64,000 nucleotides of DNA from Octopus sinensis (GCF_006345805.1 NC_042997.1:66898001-66962000); one strand, 5' to 3'; shown: positions 24,268 through 37,954, counted from the first letter of the stretch. Numbers and translations: made by a program. Notes: a model not told the origin generated them from the sequence alone.

Positions 24268-25834
24268 GTGAGTTCATTCAAACTTTTGAAACTAATTTAC
24301 TTTGACCTTTTACCATAAAGACTTTCATAAAAGGTTAGTAATTTCATCCAGTGTTCTTACTGTGAGAAGAAATATTCTGTTTTATTTATTTACATCTATA
24401 TTTAGATGAGTTTCTTCTTTCAATTTTCAAGATCTCTGATTCCTTTTTATATTCAAATATAAATTTGAATGATATTGCAGAGTAAAATCCATTGAAAAAA
24501 CGAATTATGCCACTTCATGGCAAGTGATTTCATTTCTAGTGTAGCATCAGAGAAAATGATTTTTTAAAAATTAAACAATCTTTGGAAATTCATTAAATAC
24601 ACAATTTATCAAAGGCTAGTCTTTAAACGTTTCTAATTATTTAGCTTTATAAATTTTTTTGATACATGAGAAGAGCTGGACTCATTGTATCAAAGAGTGA
24701 CCTGTCTGAAGTTTAGGCTTATATAAGTTTATACCTTCCTCTATCTTATTTGGGATTGTCGTAATATAGTAGAGGGTGGCAGTTTTGCAAACAAATGTAT
24801 AAACAATAAGAAGAGAGATATAACAGTGATATTAATAAATGGATTGCAATAATATGGACAGAAGTCTCTATTTTTGTAAAAGATCAAGAGCTGAAAACAT
24901 ACAGTTTGTTTTCAAAACAAAATGTACATGGTGAAAATAATGTTAGCTTGTGGGGAACCGTTCCATTTTCTGAAGTCATCATTGTTGACTTAAGTACACA
25001 CAACTGATTCTTGCCATCCTCTTAGATTGAACCACTTGTGCAGAGACTGAACAGTTTGCATATTTTATATTTACTTGTCCATATCCCTGACCAATATGCT
25101 GTCTGTCAAAACACACTTGACCTCTCTCCTCTTCAAACCCAGCCATCATTGTTTCTGTTGTTAATTAGGTGACCTGATCACTACCCTCTCAAGGCTTCAG
25201 ACCTCACATCTGCTTTCCATCAAGTTTTTGTTATTTCAGCTCAGTTAATCAACAGAGCTCTATTAGTTATTTCACCTCTGCCTCATGTTAGATAAGTAAA
25301 TAGTCAAAACAGTTGATCCTTCATTATCTCCCATTGCTAATTGTGTGGCATTTATCCACCATATCAACACATGGAACACAATCATGAAGAAAACAAAGGA
25401 TTCCTCTGTGTATTACAAGGTCTGCAATATGTTTTGACTCATAAATTTCAGTTGGGCCTTTTAGTCCTTTGCCAAATGAGTCTCTAGGTTGCTACACTTC
25501 AACCAAAATGGTGCTGTAAGTAGTACACCATCTAAGAAAGTTATTCTATTTGCTCTCCATTTTATCACACATACTCACAAAACTTTTCTCCACAACACCA
25601 TGCTCGCCACCATCTTTAGCCAGTTACTTAATACATGTGATTCACTAATTACCCAACTGTACAAGTTGATCACTGCTAATAGTTCACTCTGTTTCTCTAA
25701 AACAATGTTGCTCTAGTAATAACTCTTATTCCCATCAAATATTTCATCCCTTCTCTTTGTAGAGAAATCTATCACAACATATGGAAACACAACAGAATGC
25801 CTCCACAAAGCCTTCTAACCTATCAAGTTAAAAG

Positions 25835-27765
25835 GGTTAATATAGGGCGTAACAAATATCAGAAAATCAAAAAAAAAATGTGTGTAATAGGTGTAAAACA
25901 ACTTCCTATGAACGAATATGAAAAAAAAAATTCGCGCACGCGAAAGGGGGGTGGGAGAGAGGCCTCGGAAAATTCACATCGGGAAGTTCCGAAAGCGTCT
26001 GAGGAGCTGACCCGGGCACCAAAACAAAAAAAAAAATAGTGTAATATGTGTAAAACAACTTGCTCTAAACGAATATGACAAAAAAAATGCGCTCTCGTGA
26101 AAGAGGGGTGGGGGAGAAGCCTCGGAATATTTATATCGGGAATTTCCGAAAGCGTCTGAACCGGGCACAAAAACAAAAACAAAAACAGCGTAATAGGTGT
26201 AAAACAACTTGCTCTAAATGACTATCATGAAAAAAATGCGCGCTCGCGAAAGGGGGGTGGGGGAGAGGCTTCGGAAATTTCACATCTTCAGTCCACGCCC
26301 TTTAAACTAAGAAAAAATAGTGTAATTGGTGTAAAACTACTTGTTCTAAACGAGTATCAAGAACACACACTCACATATGAATCATAAACTCCGTATTTCG
26401 CAAAAAAAAATAAATAAAGAGAAGAAATTCTGGAAAAAGTGAAGAAATGTTGGATCTCCGCCATGTGAATCAAAATACGTGTCAGAAACATCTTGAAATA
26501 CTACAGAAATTATGTTACGAAAATGATAATGTATACATACCTCTTTGAGTGGTCCATCGATAATGATGATAAAGAAATGAGTTGGATTTGAACTCAGAAT
26601 ATTGACTAACACAACTACATACTACAAGACTCAAAATATTCAGCCAAGTCACCACCCTTTAACTAGCAATAATAATAACATCAATAACATAACAGCCAAA
26701 AGATTTATTTGTTCTGAAAATAACAATCATAGTAAATGAATATGTTCTTTAATATTCACATTCATGTGCACAGTTAAACACACTTACATACAAACAGTCA
26801 CGCATGCATAATACAAAACGGAACACATAAATGAAGGATGCATTACTTAGTATATATTACATCTAGAGAATTTTGATTAATAAGTCAAATATGCAAATTA
26901 TAAAGAAAATTAATTGCTTTACTAAACAGTGTTGTAAAGGTGAAAAAATAAATTTGGGAAAAAAATACACGCCAAAACTAATTAATAAAGGATAATTAGG
27001 GAAGGATTGACACAAAATAATAATTTTTTCTGTCTCTTTTTTTCTGATAAATGCATCTTAATAAGTGAGAAGAATTGCATATATCTGAACTATTTCAAAG
27101 AAAAGCATAAATTTAATGTTTAAAATAGCTTTAACCAAGGAATGAGATCCAACATTTCTTCACTTTTTCCAGAATTTCTTCTCTTTATTTTTTTTTTTTG
27201 CGAAATACGGAGTTTATGATTCATGTGTGAGTGTGTGTTCTTGATACTCGTTTAGAACAAGTAGTTTTACACCAATTACACTATTTTTTCTTAGTTTAAA
27301 GGCCGTGGACTGAAGATGTGAAATTTCCGAAGCCTCTCCCCACCCCCCTTTCGCGAGCGCGCATTTTTTTCATGATAGTCGTTTAGAGCAAGTTGTTTTA
27401 CACCTATTACGCTGTTTTTGTTTTTGTTTTTGTGCCCGGTTCAGACGCTTTCGGAAATTCCCGATATAAATATTCCGAGGCTTCTCCCCCACCCCTCTTT
27501 CGCGAGAGCGCATTTTTTTTTGTCATATTCGTTTAGAGCAAGTTGTTTTACACATATTACACTATTTTTTTTTTGTTTTGGTGCCCGGGTCAGCTCCTCA
27601 GACGCTTTCGGAACTTCCCGATGTGAATTTTCCGAGGCCTCTCCCCCACCCCCCTTTCGCGTGCGCGAATTTTTTTTTTCATATTCGTTCATAGGAAGTT
27701 GTTTTACACCTATTACACACATTTTTTTTTTGATTTTCTGATATTTGTTACGCCCTATATTAACC
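25835..27765. mobile_element. Foldback-type non-autonomous DNA transposon, TIRs of about 620 bp with internal tandem modules, 8-bp TSD
   Basis: Arms 25835-26458 and 27144-27765 are near-perfect reverse complements. Termini GGTTAATATAGGG...CCCTATATTAACC. Direct repeat GTTAAAAG at 25827-34 and 27766-73. About three modules of roughly 150-160 bp per arm. No transposase ORF recognised. Confidence 0.92.
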
Positions 27766-29807
27766 GTTAAAAGTGCATAAAAAATCATCTCCTTTATTAC
27801 TTAAACTCTCTCTCCTTGCCTGGTGGTCACTTGTATGGCATGGTTTCCTTAGAGATAGATCTATCAGAAACTTCCTTTCCTATGTCACTTGAGAACTTTG
27901 ATGAAAGCAATAGGTGTTATCTTTGACAATTACAAAATCTTTGCCTATGTTTGCATAGGAATCCTAAGTTGCTTACCTATAAGTTGCAAACATCAATTAT
28001 CTCTTGGATCAGAATTTTACTGTTAGAATACTCTGTCACACTGGAATATGCCATGGTTTGATTATGTTTCCTGCACTCAGTTGTCTACAAGGTTACAGAG
28101 TTCACTTTGGAACCATGTGGTTCCAGGTTCTGTTCTGTTGTGTGGTCTGTTTTGTAAGTTCTTTGGGATGTGCAATGCCTTGTGGATAAAATTTGATAGA
28201 AGAAAACTGTATGGAAGCCTGTCACATAATATGAGTGTGCATATGTGAATGATTGTTTTTGTGTGTCTTCATATTAATACCATTTGAGTGATGGTGTATT
28301 TGTTTCCATCTCTAGTAAACAGTATCTCCTGTATCTTGGTGGTGGCTTCATTGATTTTGAATGAAGATCTGTAGAATAAGAAAATACCTTCCTCAAAAAC
28401 AAGTAAAGGATACTTCTTCAATAAGTGTCAGTCAGCCCATGCCAACATGGAAAAAGTAGATGTAAAAACGATGGTGATGACAATGATGACTTTTCTATTG
28501 TACATCACTTGCCTTACTATTGCTGATGATAAAACTTCCATTCCCCTTTTTATTTTTCTGATTCCAAGCATCACCCACATCTAACATAGATACTCCATGC
28601 CAGACTTGAACTGTTTCTGGTGACCTCAAAATAAAAAAAAAAAAACTCCTTCAATAGGTGCAACACCCAGTCACCATGAAGATTGTACATACATAATGCC
28701 AAAGAGTACCCTAAAAACTAAACTACTTCTCTTTGGCCAGTAGATAACTTCAGTTGTCACCAGTTGCCTATCCCAACTAATTCTGATCCTCTGATCTAAC
28801 TAGTAGCATACTACATGTACCTTTTCCCCACTTGGTGCATTTGTATCTCATCTCGTTTTTTCATCCCCAACACCACATTGCTCAATCACTTCTCCCAAAA
28901 CTGCATCCCTCTTCAATTTTTCTTTGCCATGTTGGTGTTGTTTTACTTCAGGTCAGCCCTGACTAAGCAAAGCTATTTCAGCTATGGCCATCCTGTTTTG
29001 TATTTCCATTTGGACAATGTCCAGTTTGTCCTTTCTGTTTTTGAGATAGTAAGGCAAAGTTTAAGGTAGATTTGGTTGTTATTTCTAGCAGGTTGAATGA
29101 CTGCATAGAGACTCCCTTGTTGGCTATTTGCTTGTGTTTCCTATATTGAGCATCAACTACATTCATCTCACCTAGCTTTGATGACACAAAGTTTATAGAC
29201 ACTGCTCCTCCTCCTCTTAATAAAAAAAAAAGAGAAAAAAAAAGCAAAACAAACAAAAAGCAAATGTTTGAATGGGCTCTGTTTTGAAATACTTACTTGG
29301 TAAAGCTGATTTTGCTATCATGAGAAAGCTAACATCTGAATAATGTTTATTTCTTAATGGATATTTGAATTTTAAGGATAAGTTCTTTGGATATGATATG
29401 TGTTGTGAATTTTTAAATCTGATTTAGTGATTATATTCATTTAAGTGAGGGATAGCATCATGTTCTCTCTCAACATATAATAGTTTACTTCTTGACTCTG
29501 TGAACCCCACTTCTCTCTCTCTCTCTCATACACACACACTCACATATATATATATATATATATACGTAATATATATATATATATATACGTAATATATATA
29601 TATATATATGCAGGTGGCACGTAAAAAACACCCACTACACTCGCGGAGTGGTTGGCGTTAGGAAGGGCATCCAGCCGTAGAAACACTGCCAGATCTGACT
29701 GGGCCTGACGAAGCCTTCCAGCTTCACAGACCCCAGTTGACCCGTCCAACCCATGCTAGCATGGAAAACGGACGCTAAACGATGATGATGATGATGATGA
29801 TATGTAT

Positions 29808-29968
29808 GTAGAAACCATGCCAAATCAGACTGGAACCTGGTGCAGTCTCCAGATTACCAGCTCCAGTTAAACTGTACAACCCATGCTAGTATGGAAAGCA
29901 GATATTTAATGATGATGACTATTTATGTATATATTTACGTACATCATCATCATCATCATCATCGTTTA

Positions 29969-30008
<40 letters not shown>

Positions 30009-30154
30009 TACATAAATATATACATAAATAGTCATCTTCATTATCATCATTATTTAATATCTGCTTTCCATACTAGCATGGGTTGTACAGTTTAACTGGA
30101 GCTGGTAATCTGGAGACTGCACCAGGTTCCAGTCTGATTTGGCATGGTTTCTAC
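29808..30154. repeat. Near-perfect palindrome of about 350 bp (inverted duplication)
   Basis: 29808-29900 is the exact reverse complement of about 30060-30154. The symmetry continues inward through TA-rich and (CAT)n/(GAT)n blocks to a centre near 29965. Confidence 0.88.
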
Positions 30155-30495
30155 GGTTAGATGCTCTTCTTAACACCAACTGCTCCAAGAGTATAATGGA
30201 TGCTTTTTATGTGCCACTGGCATAAGTGCCAGTTATGTGGCACTAGCATCAGCCATGACTATGATTTAACTTGGCTTGGCAAGTCTTCTCAATATGAAGC
30301 ATAGCATATCACCAAAGGTCTCAGTCACTTGTTATTGCCTCTATGAGGCCTAATGTTCAAAGATCGTGCTTCACCACCTCATCCCATGCTTTCCTGGGTC
30401 TACCCCTTCCACAAGTTCCCTCCACAGTTAGAGATTGGCACTTCTTTACCCAGCTGTCCTCATCCATACATACCACATGACCATACCAGTGCAGT
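30030..30495 (-). mobile_element. Older RTE 3' fragment (RT C-terminus + tail)
   Basis: RLHWYGHV..MDEDSWVKKCQSLTVEGTCGRGRPRKAWDEVVKHDL in the minus frame. Confidence 0.82.
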
Positions 30496-31179
30496 CATGG
30501 TGATAATTTTATATTTGGGTTTACAGCTTGTAGTAATGCTGTTTAAAGCCCATCCACAATATTCGGCTATCTGATGTCAACAACATTATTGAGATATATG
30601 CCACTGAATTTACTTCTGGAATACCTTTGTGTCTGTAGAGTTTATAAAATATGAGAGAAAGAAAATAGAATTTACAAGACTCTTTATTCAGAACCACTAT
30701 GATCATTTTGTACTAGTGAGATGCTGTACAAACAGTTGTCATGCATCATGGGTGAGGATGCGTCTCTTCAAGTGACTTTTCAAAAAGTACTGAATTTTTT
30801 ACTTGTTGTTTACCGTATTTCTATAACAATACATTTTGCTTAGTGTAGCTTACAACCCATCTCCATAAATGAAAGAATTCTCATATAAGCAATAAGAGAA
30901 AGTATACCAGGATAAAAGAATAAGGAATCAAAAAATAAAATAAATAAATCAAATAAAATGTAATACACTGATAAAAAGATACTGTTAAATAAAAACAAAA
31001 TATACATGTGGCAATCAGAATAGAATAAACAATACAATCAGACATTTATATTGACCTTTACATTTCATCAAAACAAATAATTTAATATGTCCATGAGCTG
31101 AGACTCCCTTCAGTCATGACTGACCATGGGATTGCACCTAGAAAGTTACCCTCCCAGGCACAAGTCTGGACAAATATAT

Positions 31180-31218
<39 letters not shown>

Positions 31219-31235
31219 TATATATATATATATGT

Positions 31236-31395
31236 AGGCGTGGGCATGGCTGTGTGGTTAGGGAGCTTGCTTCCTAGCTATGTGGTTTCGGGTTCAGTCC
31301 CACTGCGTGGCACTTTGGGTAGGTGTCTTCCACTATAGCCCCGAGCCGACCGGAGCTTTGTGATTGAATTCGGTAGGTGGAAGTTACTGCCGTGT
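31236..31395 (+). mobile_element. tRNA-derived SINE family B (CORE-like CCTTGGGCAAG motif, TG/TA-rich tail)
   Basis: Box A-like tggctgtgtggttag and box B-like ggttcagtcc. Related copies at about 150-290(+), 14920-15300(+), 35655-35745(-), 55100-55442(-), 57480-57650(-) and 59355-59435(-). Confidence 0.8.
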
Positions 31396-33139
31396 GTGTA
31401 TGTGTGCATATAGCTGCTCAGAGCCTCTCCGAAAGAGAGAGAGTGGGGATATATATATATGCACTTACATACATACACACATATATCCATTTCTCTATAT
31501 ATTATATAGTTATATACGCTCGTGCACATACAAATACACACGCATGTATATACACTCACATGTATATCTATTCACATATGATGGCTCACCTGCTAGAAAC
31601 AGCAGTCAAATTTCCTCTCAAAATCATATCCCCACCATATTAAGAAAAGACACATATGGTCCTGGATTTCCTGCATAATGCAAAAATGGGACAGTCATAG
31701 ATGGAATATCTTTGATCATAGGTCTGCTTGATGAGGGATGGCTTAAAGTTGAAGAAGAACAAATTTGTATTATAGGTCATAACACCTTAAGAGGTAAAGA
31801 AAATTGTATTTACCACACTATATCCCAGTTGTTCTTCACTTTCTCTCTTTGGTTTTATGGTGTGTTGTTTCTTTTTACTGAAATGTTACCACCAAAAAGT
31901 ATATGAAGTGTTGTTTGTACAATAATAAATACTTCTTTCTTCAAGCTTAATGATTTGAGGCTTAGTCATAAGTGATCTCAGAAATTATTTATGTCCATCT
32001 TTGTATAGTGTGTGTGTGTCTGTATTAACTGAAATTAAAACGTACGTGACAGTGAAATAATGAAATAATTGCTGTGCTCTAATCACATTGTAATAGGGTT
32101 TACTCATCTTTATAAAACCATAAAATAAAATATTGATTCATACAGTTGGTTTTGTTAAACCCCCGTTCAAACTTATAGTGAAGAGTGTTCTAGTTTTTCT
32201 GTCTTTTATTTTCAGACAGTATATCTTGGACAACTGTATTCTACTCACTTTTTTAAAGAAATTAAGAAATTAAGGTGACTTGATGTCTTAAATTACTTTA
32301 AATAATGTGAGAGTGTTTTAGTAGGTTAAATGATAGAAAACATTTTTTTTTTTTGCAGTATTAATGTCTAAAGGTTATTTTTATAAATGGCTATAAATAC
32401 CATTGACCTTTGCTAATAGACACTATAAATTATATTTCACAGTATTTCAAAAATAACATAGTAAGACCTAAGCAGTTCTCTTGATGTAAAGAAATGGACC
32501 TGTCATCTTTATGATGTTCATGGGATTCTGACTATAATCATGATATAAATTCTGGTCTGTTCTCTAAGTGTACATTTTCCAGCACATGTAAAGGATGAAA
32601 GTTATTTTCTAGTTGAGAATTTGTACATTTATAAATCATATGGCAAACAATTCCAGAAATAATAAACTGGTATTTGTGCATATGTATTCATTATTCCTTT
32701 TATTATGGTATTTTATAACCAAATATTGCTTGAGCTGTAGAGTTGGTACAAAAAATCTTCGGTTCTGATTCTTCAATTTATGGTGTCACTGACACCTGAC
32801 TCCTACTCTCTATTTGTAGTTAGACTAATCATATAGTTCTTATATTGATTAAAAGTATACAACATATATTGCCAATGTAAATTATGAGACTACTTTTTAG
32901 CACCTGAACTTGTTAAACTTTGGATTTGAAGGCTAAATCTATGCTGTTGTGACTTATATTATTTGTTAAAGAAGTTAAAGTGGTGAACTGTCAGAATTGT
33001 TAGCATGCTGAGAAAAATGCTTAGTAGTATGAAATTCTGTCTTTACATTCTGGGTTCAAATCCTCCTGAAGTTGACTTTGCCTTTCAAACTTTTTAACAT
33101 TTAATCTGGCCATATCCAGATAAATTATTCTACCTGTGT

Positions 33140-33385
33140 TGTTGTCTTTATTAAACCCATAAAGCAAAATATGCCGAATATGCTCCTTTGTCACTTCCAT
33201 TATAGCTTTCAAAAAATAACTGTTAAAATTGAACTGCACTCTTCAAAACTTGCACTAAGAATAAAGTCAAGATAAAATTCCTACCTGCTTTTATAGCAAG
33301 TTGATGCAGGTAGTTTAACCCATCTCCCTTTGACTTTTAGTTCATGCAATTGAAAAAAACGCATTATTTATGGGATGAACCAATA
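33140..33385 (-). mobile_element. Mariner 5' end fragment
   Basis: Terminus tattggttcatcccataaataatgc followed by MEVTKEHIRHILLYGFNKDNN, a mariner transposase N-terminus pattern. Confidence 0.7.
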
Positions 33386-33619
33386 GTTACTGCTTTCATC
33401 TCTTACAGAGATTTTCTAACTAGCTACTTTGCTTGTTGATATAAAAGTAATAAACTATAAAAATACTATGCAAGATAAACAGGAACTTCTTTGTTTATAA
33501 ATTCAAAATTCTAGAGCTCATCGAAATGAAAACTAAAAGATTGAAAACCTGAAGCTATTTAACAGATGACATTTTAGAAGAAAACTCAAGTAGATACTAT
33601 GCTATCTTTGTCACTTGAC

Positions 33620-34080
33620 TTGTGGTTGTTGAGGCACTCATTGATGATATCACAACCAGATTTTGCCACATTTTTTTGGATTCTTTTGCTCTGAAATGGC
33701 AAAATTCAGGCCTGTCCACTTTTTGATGTTATGAGCCTGTCTTTTCCTTGGTCTGCCCTACATTCATTCACCTTCCAATGCACCTTTCAGGATTGTCTGT
33801 GCTGGGCCAGGGTTTCTTGTGACATGGTCATAACATTTCGGTTTCCTTGACTTTACAATTGTCAGCAGGCCCTTGTGTAGTCCAGTAGCCCAGGTTATTC
33901 TCATCTCACTTCATTATTTGTCATGTGTTCTTTTATGAGATAACCTAGACACCATTTGTAGCTACTCATTTCCATTGTGCTTACCTTTTTTCTCACTTCT
34001 GCTGTTAATGTCCAAGCCTTACAGGCATATAGAAAGATGGAAATCACAAATGATTGCATCAGTCTGACTATCAATTAGAT
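33620..34080 (-). mobile_element. Degenerate RTE (BovB-like) C-terminal fragment
   Basis: LYACKAWTLTAE..., LLTIVKSRKPK.YDHVTR..QTILKGALEG..GRPRKRQAHNIKKWTGL with frameshifts. Confidence 0.7.
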
Positions 34081-36522
34081 ACATAGATATATGACCCTTA
34101 CTTTTGAGATTAGTAAATTTAACATGAAAGCTTACACTAAAGTAAATGAAAAATAATATTGTGAAGGAAACGCCAAAACCTAATAATTACTTCTGATTCT
34201 GACTCGCTGACTTTTCAGATCTGAATATTGCAATACAATTGCAATTGTATCAGATGTAAGAATTGTTTCAAATTAAAAAATTTTTTAGCTTTTGACTGTT
34301 TGAAAATGTAATCTTATTTGAATGTTTCTAATATTTAGAGTTGATAAGGGCAGTGAGCTGGCAGAATCAGTGGCATGTCAAGCAAAATGCTTAACAGTAT
34401 TTCATCTGTCTTTATGCTCTGAGTTCAAATTCTGCCAAGGTCTACTTTGCCTTTCATTATTTCAGGGTCGATAAAATAAGTACCAGTTGAGCCCTGGTGT
34501 TGATATAATCAACATACCCTCTCCCCAAGATTTGCTGACTCTGTGTCAAAATTTGAAACCAGTATTTAGGATTGATAAATTTGCTTTCTGCTTTTGATAT
34601 CCTGATTTCTATTTTCCATAAATCTGTAGTTTCTTTTGAGTGTATGTATGTGTGTCAGAGTATGAATGTGAGTGAGTGTATGTGTACTTTATATACAATG
34701 AGAAAGAGATGAAGGAAATAAGTATATTCAGTACTATCCCACCCCACCCATCCTATGAAAGAGAGAAAGAAAAAGAGAATTGTGGTCTGGACATTCTATA
34801 TTATTCTGTGTGTGCATGAAAATGTGCTAAGAGAAGTAACTTAGGTTGATTAGTGGCATGTATCTGAACACTGTAGATAATAAAGGTGTATTAAGTAACA
34901 TGAGATAAATTCTTGCTTTATTGATATTATTTCAACTTGAAGAGAGGGTAGCATAATCACTTGGTGGACTTCAAATAAGAAGTGGCAGGTACTCCCAAGA
35001 ATCACAGATTCTTCATAATAGACATACCATTAAGGAAATAACAGTGTGACTTCTGGAAGCCAAAAGGATAAACATGGACATGTTTCTGCTTCAATCAGTG
35101 TTAACATCACAATTGTCCTATCTATCTTCAGCAGACAATACACATAGACGTTTTAAAAAAAGAGTATATAGCATTGGTAATTTGCACAAAGGAAACAAAA
35201 AAGGTGGCATGTGTCTGGTGTATTTGAATCACTAAGATGAATATATATATATATATATGCATACATAAATACATATGTATATATATATGTATGTGTGTGT
35301 ATATATATACATATATGTATTGGTAACTTGCCGAATCACTTAAGAAGCATCCAGCTATAAAAATTATGCCAAAACTGATCGTGCCTTTGCTCATGCCACA
35401 TAAAAAGTGATCAGTCCAATCTGCGGGGTGGTCGGTTAGGAATGGCATCTCACCATATGGTACAGTCTTCTGCTTGGCCAGCTCCTGTCAAACCGTGCCA
35501 GCATGGAAGGAGGACGTTAAACAATGATGACAATTATATATATATATAATCAATTTAGCATTCACTTTTCCATGCTTAGGTGGGTCAGATGGAGTTTATT
35601 GAGGCAGATTTTGTATGGTCGGATGACCATCATAATGTCAAAACAAGGAGACACATACACACACGACGGGCTTCTTTCAGTCTCCATCTACCAAATCCAC
35701 TCACAAGGCTTTGCTTGACCTTGGATGATAGTAGAAGATGTTAAAAACATACCATACTGTCTCACACATAACAGAATGAGTTAAAAGACTTCACTCTACT
35801 GAGAATTATCCTTGCAATTAAGAGGTAAAAAAAGATAGATGGCGGGGGTGTTTAAAATTTAAAACCAAAGTGCAAGGGAGATAATTACAGATATAGTGAT
35901 TAATATAAAATTTTGAAATCTAGATAGTGCTTTTTCATAATAAGAATTGCTACTTTCTCTGTATTTCGGTATTTACTAATCACTTTTAAGTCTTTCCAAC
36001 TGTGTTGATGAAATTTAACAAGTCATAAAAAAACATGATCAACTTGTAAATGCATTTTTTTCATTTCCAAAAGAAATTGGATTTCGATGTTATTAGAGTT
36101 ATCTCCCTCTTTTATTTCTAAGCTTTTACTGCAGAGATAATTCAAGTTTTTCACTTTACTATATTACAATCTGTAACACTATTGTAGATGTATCGAATAT
36201 GCTTGGCTGATAAGATCTGATGCAATAGGAAGACATCCGTTGCTATCACTTGTAATACCAAAGTCGTATTCCTAGAATTACTTCCCCTGCTCGTTTTCAT
36301 ATTTTCAAATAGCCCCTGAAAGAATTTTTCTTCTAATTAACTGCAAATTTACTCTCAGCTAACTTACATATTTCAATGCCCTTTAAATGTACATAAGTGA
36401 AACTGCTGTATGTAATATATATATATATTTTAATATAGATAATACAGTTCTATGTTTAAGAGTGAGGAATTATGTACATTATTTACATTTGATGGATATT
36501 TGTCCGCAAATTGTTTGTTTTT

Positions 36523-36568
36523 AACACAGCGTTTTGGCTGATATACCCTCCAGCCTTCATCAGGTGTC
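36523..36568 (-). ncRNA. Degenerate minimal hammerhead-like motif
   Basis: acac CTGATGA a ggctg-gagggtatat-cagcc AAAAC GC T gtgtt; G12 and U16.1 deviate from the catalytic consensus. Confidence 0.45.
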
Positions 36569-36758
36569 TTGGGGGAAATTGCGAACCTGGGTTCTTATTA
36601 CTAAGGTATTATTATTCAAGTCACTGCTTGGAATTGAACTCGGAATCTTGGGTTAACAACTATGCCATATGCCCATAGGCAATTATGGAGTGAATTTTAG
36701 GGCTTATGAATCTAATAGTTTCCTAATATTTTAATATAGATATATAAATATATAGATA

Positions 36759-36789
<31 letters not shown>

Positions 36790-36825
36790 ATACATTAATA
36801 CATACGACAGGGTAATACCCATCCT

Positions 36826-37950
36826 TAAGTCTAAAATTAGATTAGCCCTCTGGTCTGATGCCCAAGAGGTGGTTGGATAGTTCAAGATTCTAGAAATTAA
36901 TAAGACTAGTAAATTCTTGCAGCTTGATATAAAGAGCTACTATGCTACTATCAACCAAATTGTTCTCAATCAAGCCCTGATTTTTAGCATGAAAATATTT
37001 TGATTTGTCCTGACATGAAATATATATTATTTTTGCTGCGCAAGCCACTCTAGTAGATTTTGATGTTACATTATGGAGTAGATTAGATAGGGAAAATGCA
37101 TTTGATATAGCAATAGGCTGACACAATTCTGCTCAGTCCTGTGACCTAGTCAGAATATATATCCTTTCATTAATCCAGTCTTCCTTTCTGGAAGTGACAG
37201 GGGGTCTATATAGGGATGACGCTTTATTTTTTCTAGACAGAAGTAGTAAAGTACAGTTGGAAAACATAGAAAAAATTTCTTTAGACTTTTCAAAAATTTA
37301 GGACTAAACATTACTATAGGTAAAGATTATCGTAGAGTGAATTTTCTTGACGCTACATTCTGTCTTGATACTGGATTATTTGAACCATTTCATAAGCCGA
37401 ATGATCATATTAAGTACATGTAGCATCCAACCATCCACCCTCGATTATATGGGGACTAGTTAAGAATATTTCTACCAGAATCTCTAGATTATCTGCTAAC
37501 AGTAAAATTTTTGAATCTCATGCATCTGATTATAATGATGCTCTAGCTAAGACTGGGTACCTTGATAAAATTCATTATAAACAAGATGCTGGCATAAGCA
37601 ACACTGGTAATTTGTACAACTGCAAGGCACATTGTATACACCACAACGTTACCATTTGAGAAATCACTCGGATAAAAAATACAGGCCAGAAAGAATTGGT
37701 CATGTCAATGAACTACCAAAGAAAACTCATAGACACATGCAACATAGTAATTCAACTGCTTGTTCCAATCCTGTACAACACACTCGATCAAATAAACCTG
37801 ACAACAGATATAGGAATCAAGATGTCCTCTGGTTCAACCCAATTTTAGGTTTGTATGTTTCATCCAGGATTGCTGAAAAATTTTTTGCTGCTTTGGACAA
37901 ATGTTTTCCTAAATCTAATTGGTATTATGCTATTTTTAATCAACATCAAA
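36826..37950 (+). mobile_element. Penelope-like element RT pseudogene fragment
   Basis: KFLQLDIKSYY, AFDIAIG, GLYRDDAL, VNFLDATF, KPND..ASNHPPSII, then DVLWFNP..FFAALDKCFPKSN, with stops and frameshifts; cut off at about 37950 by an RTE 3' UTR array. Confidence 0.88.
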
Positions 37951-37954
37951 ATCA

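Noticed and set aside
26382-26612. 76-aa ORF at the foldback arm/spacer boundary as a transposase remnant
   Set aside because: No DDE motif recognisable, and part of it is TIR sequence.
25837-27763. Alternative parse of the foldback as a TTAA-TSD (piggyBac/Kolobok) element
   Set aside because: It leaves the flanking 8-bp direct repeat GTTAAAAG and the extra GG/CC symmetry unexplained.
31236-31310. tRNA-like box A/B sequences
   Set aside because: They are SINE heads with no complete cloverleaf and are followed by SINE body sequence.
32216-32260. Strong acceptor ttttattttcAG followed by ACAGTATA, reminiscent of the vertebrate CREB GQY junction
   Set aside because: The in-frame reading gives DSISWTTVFYSLF-stop with no CREB similarity and no good donor; probably chance.
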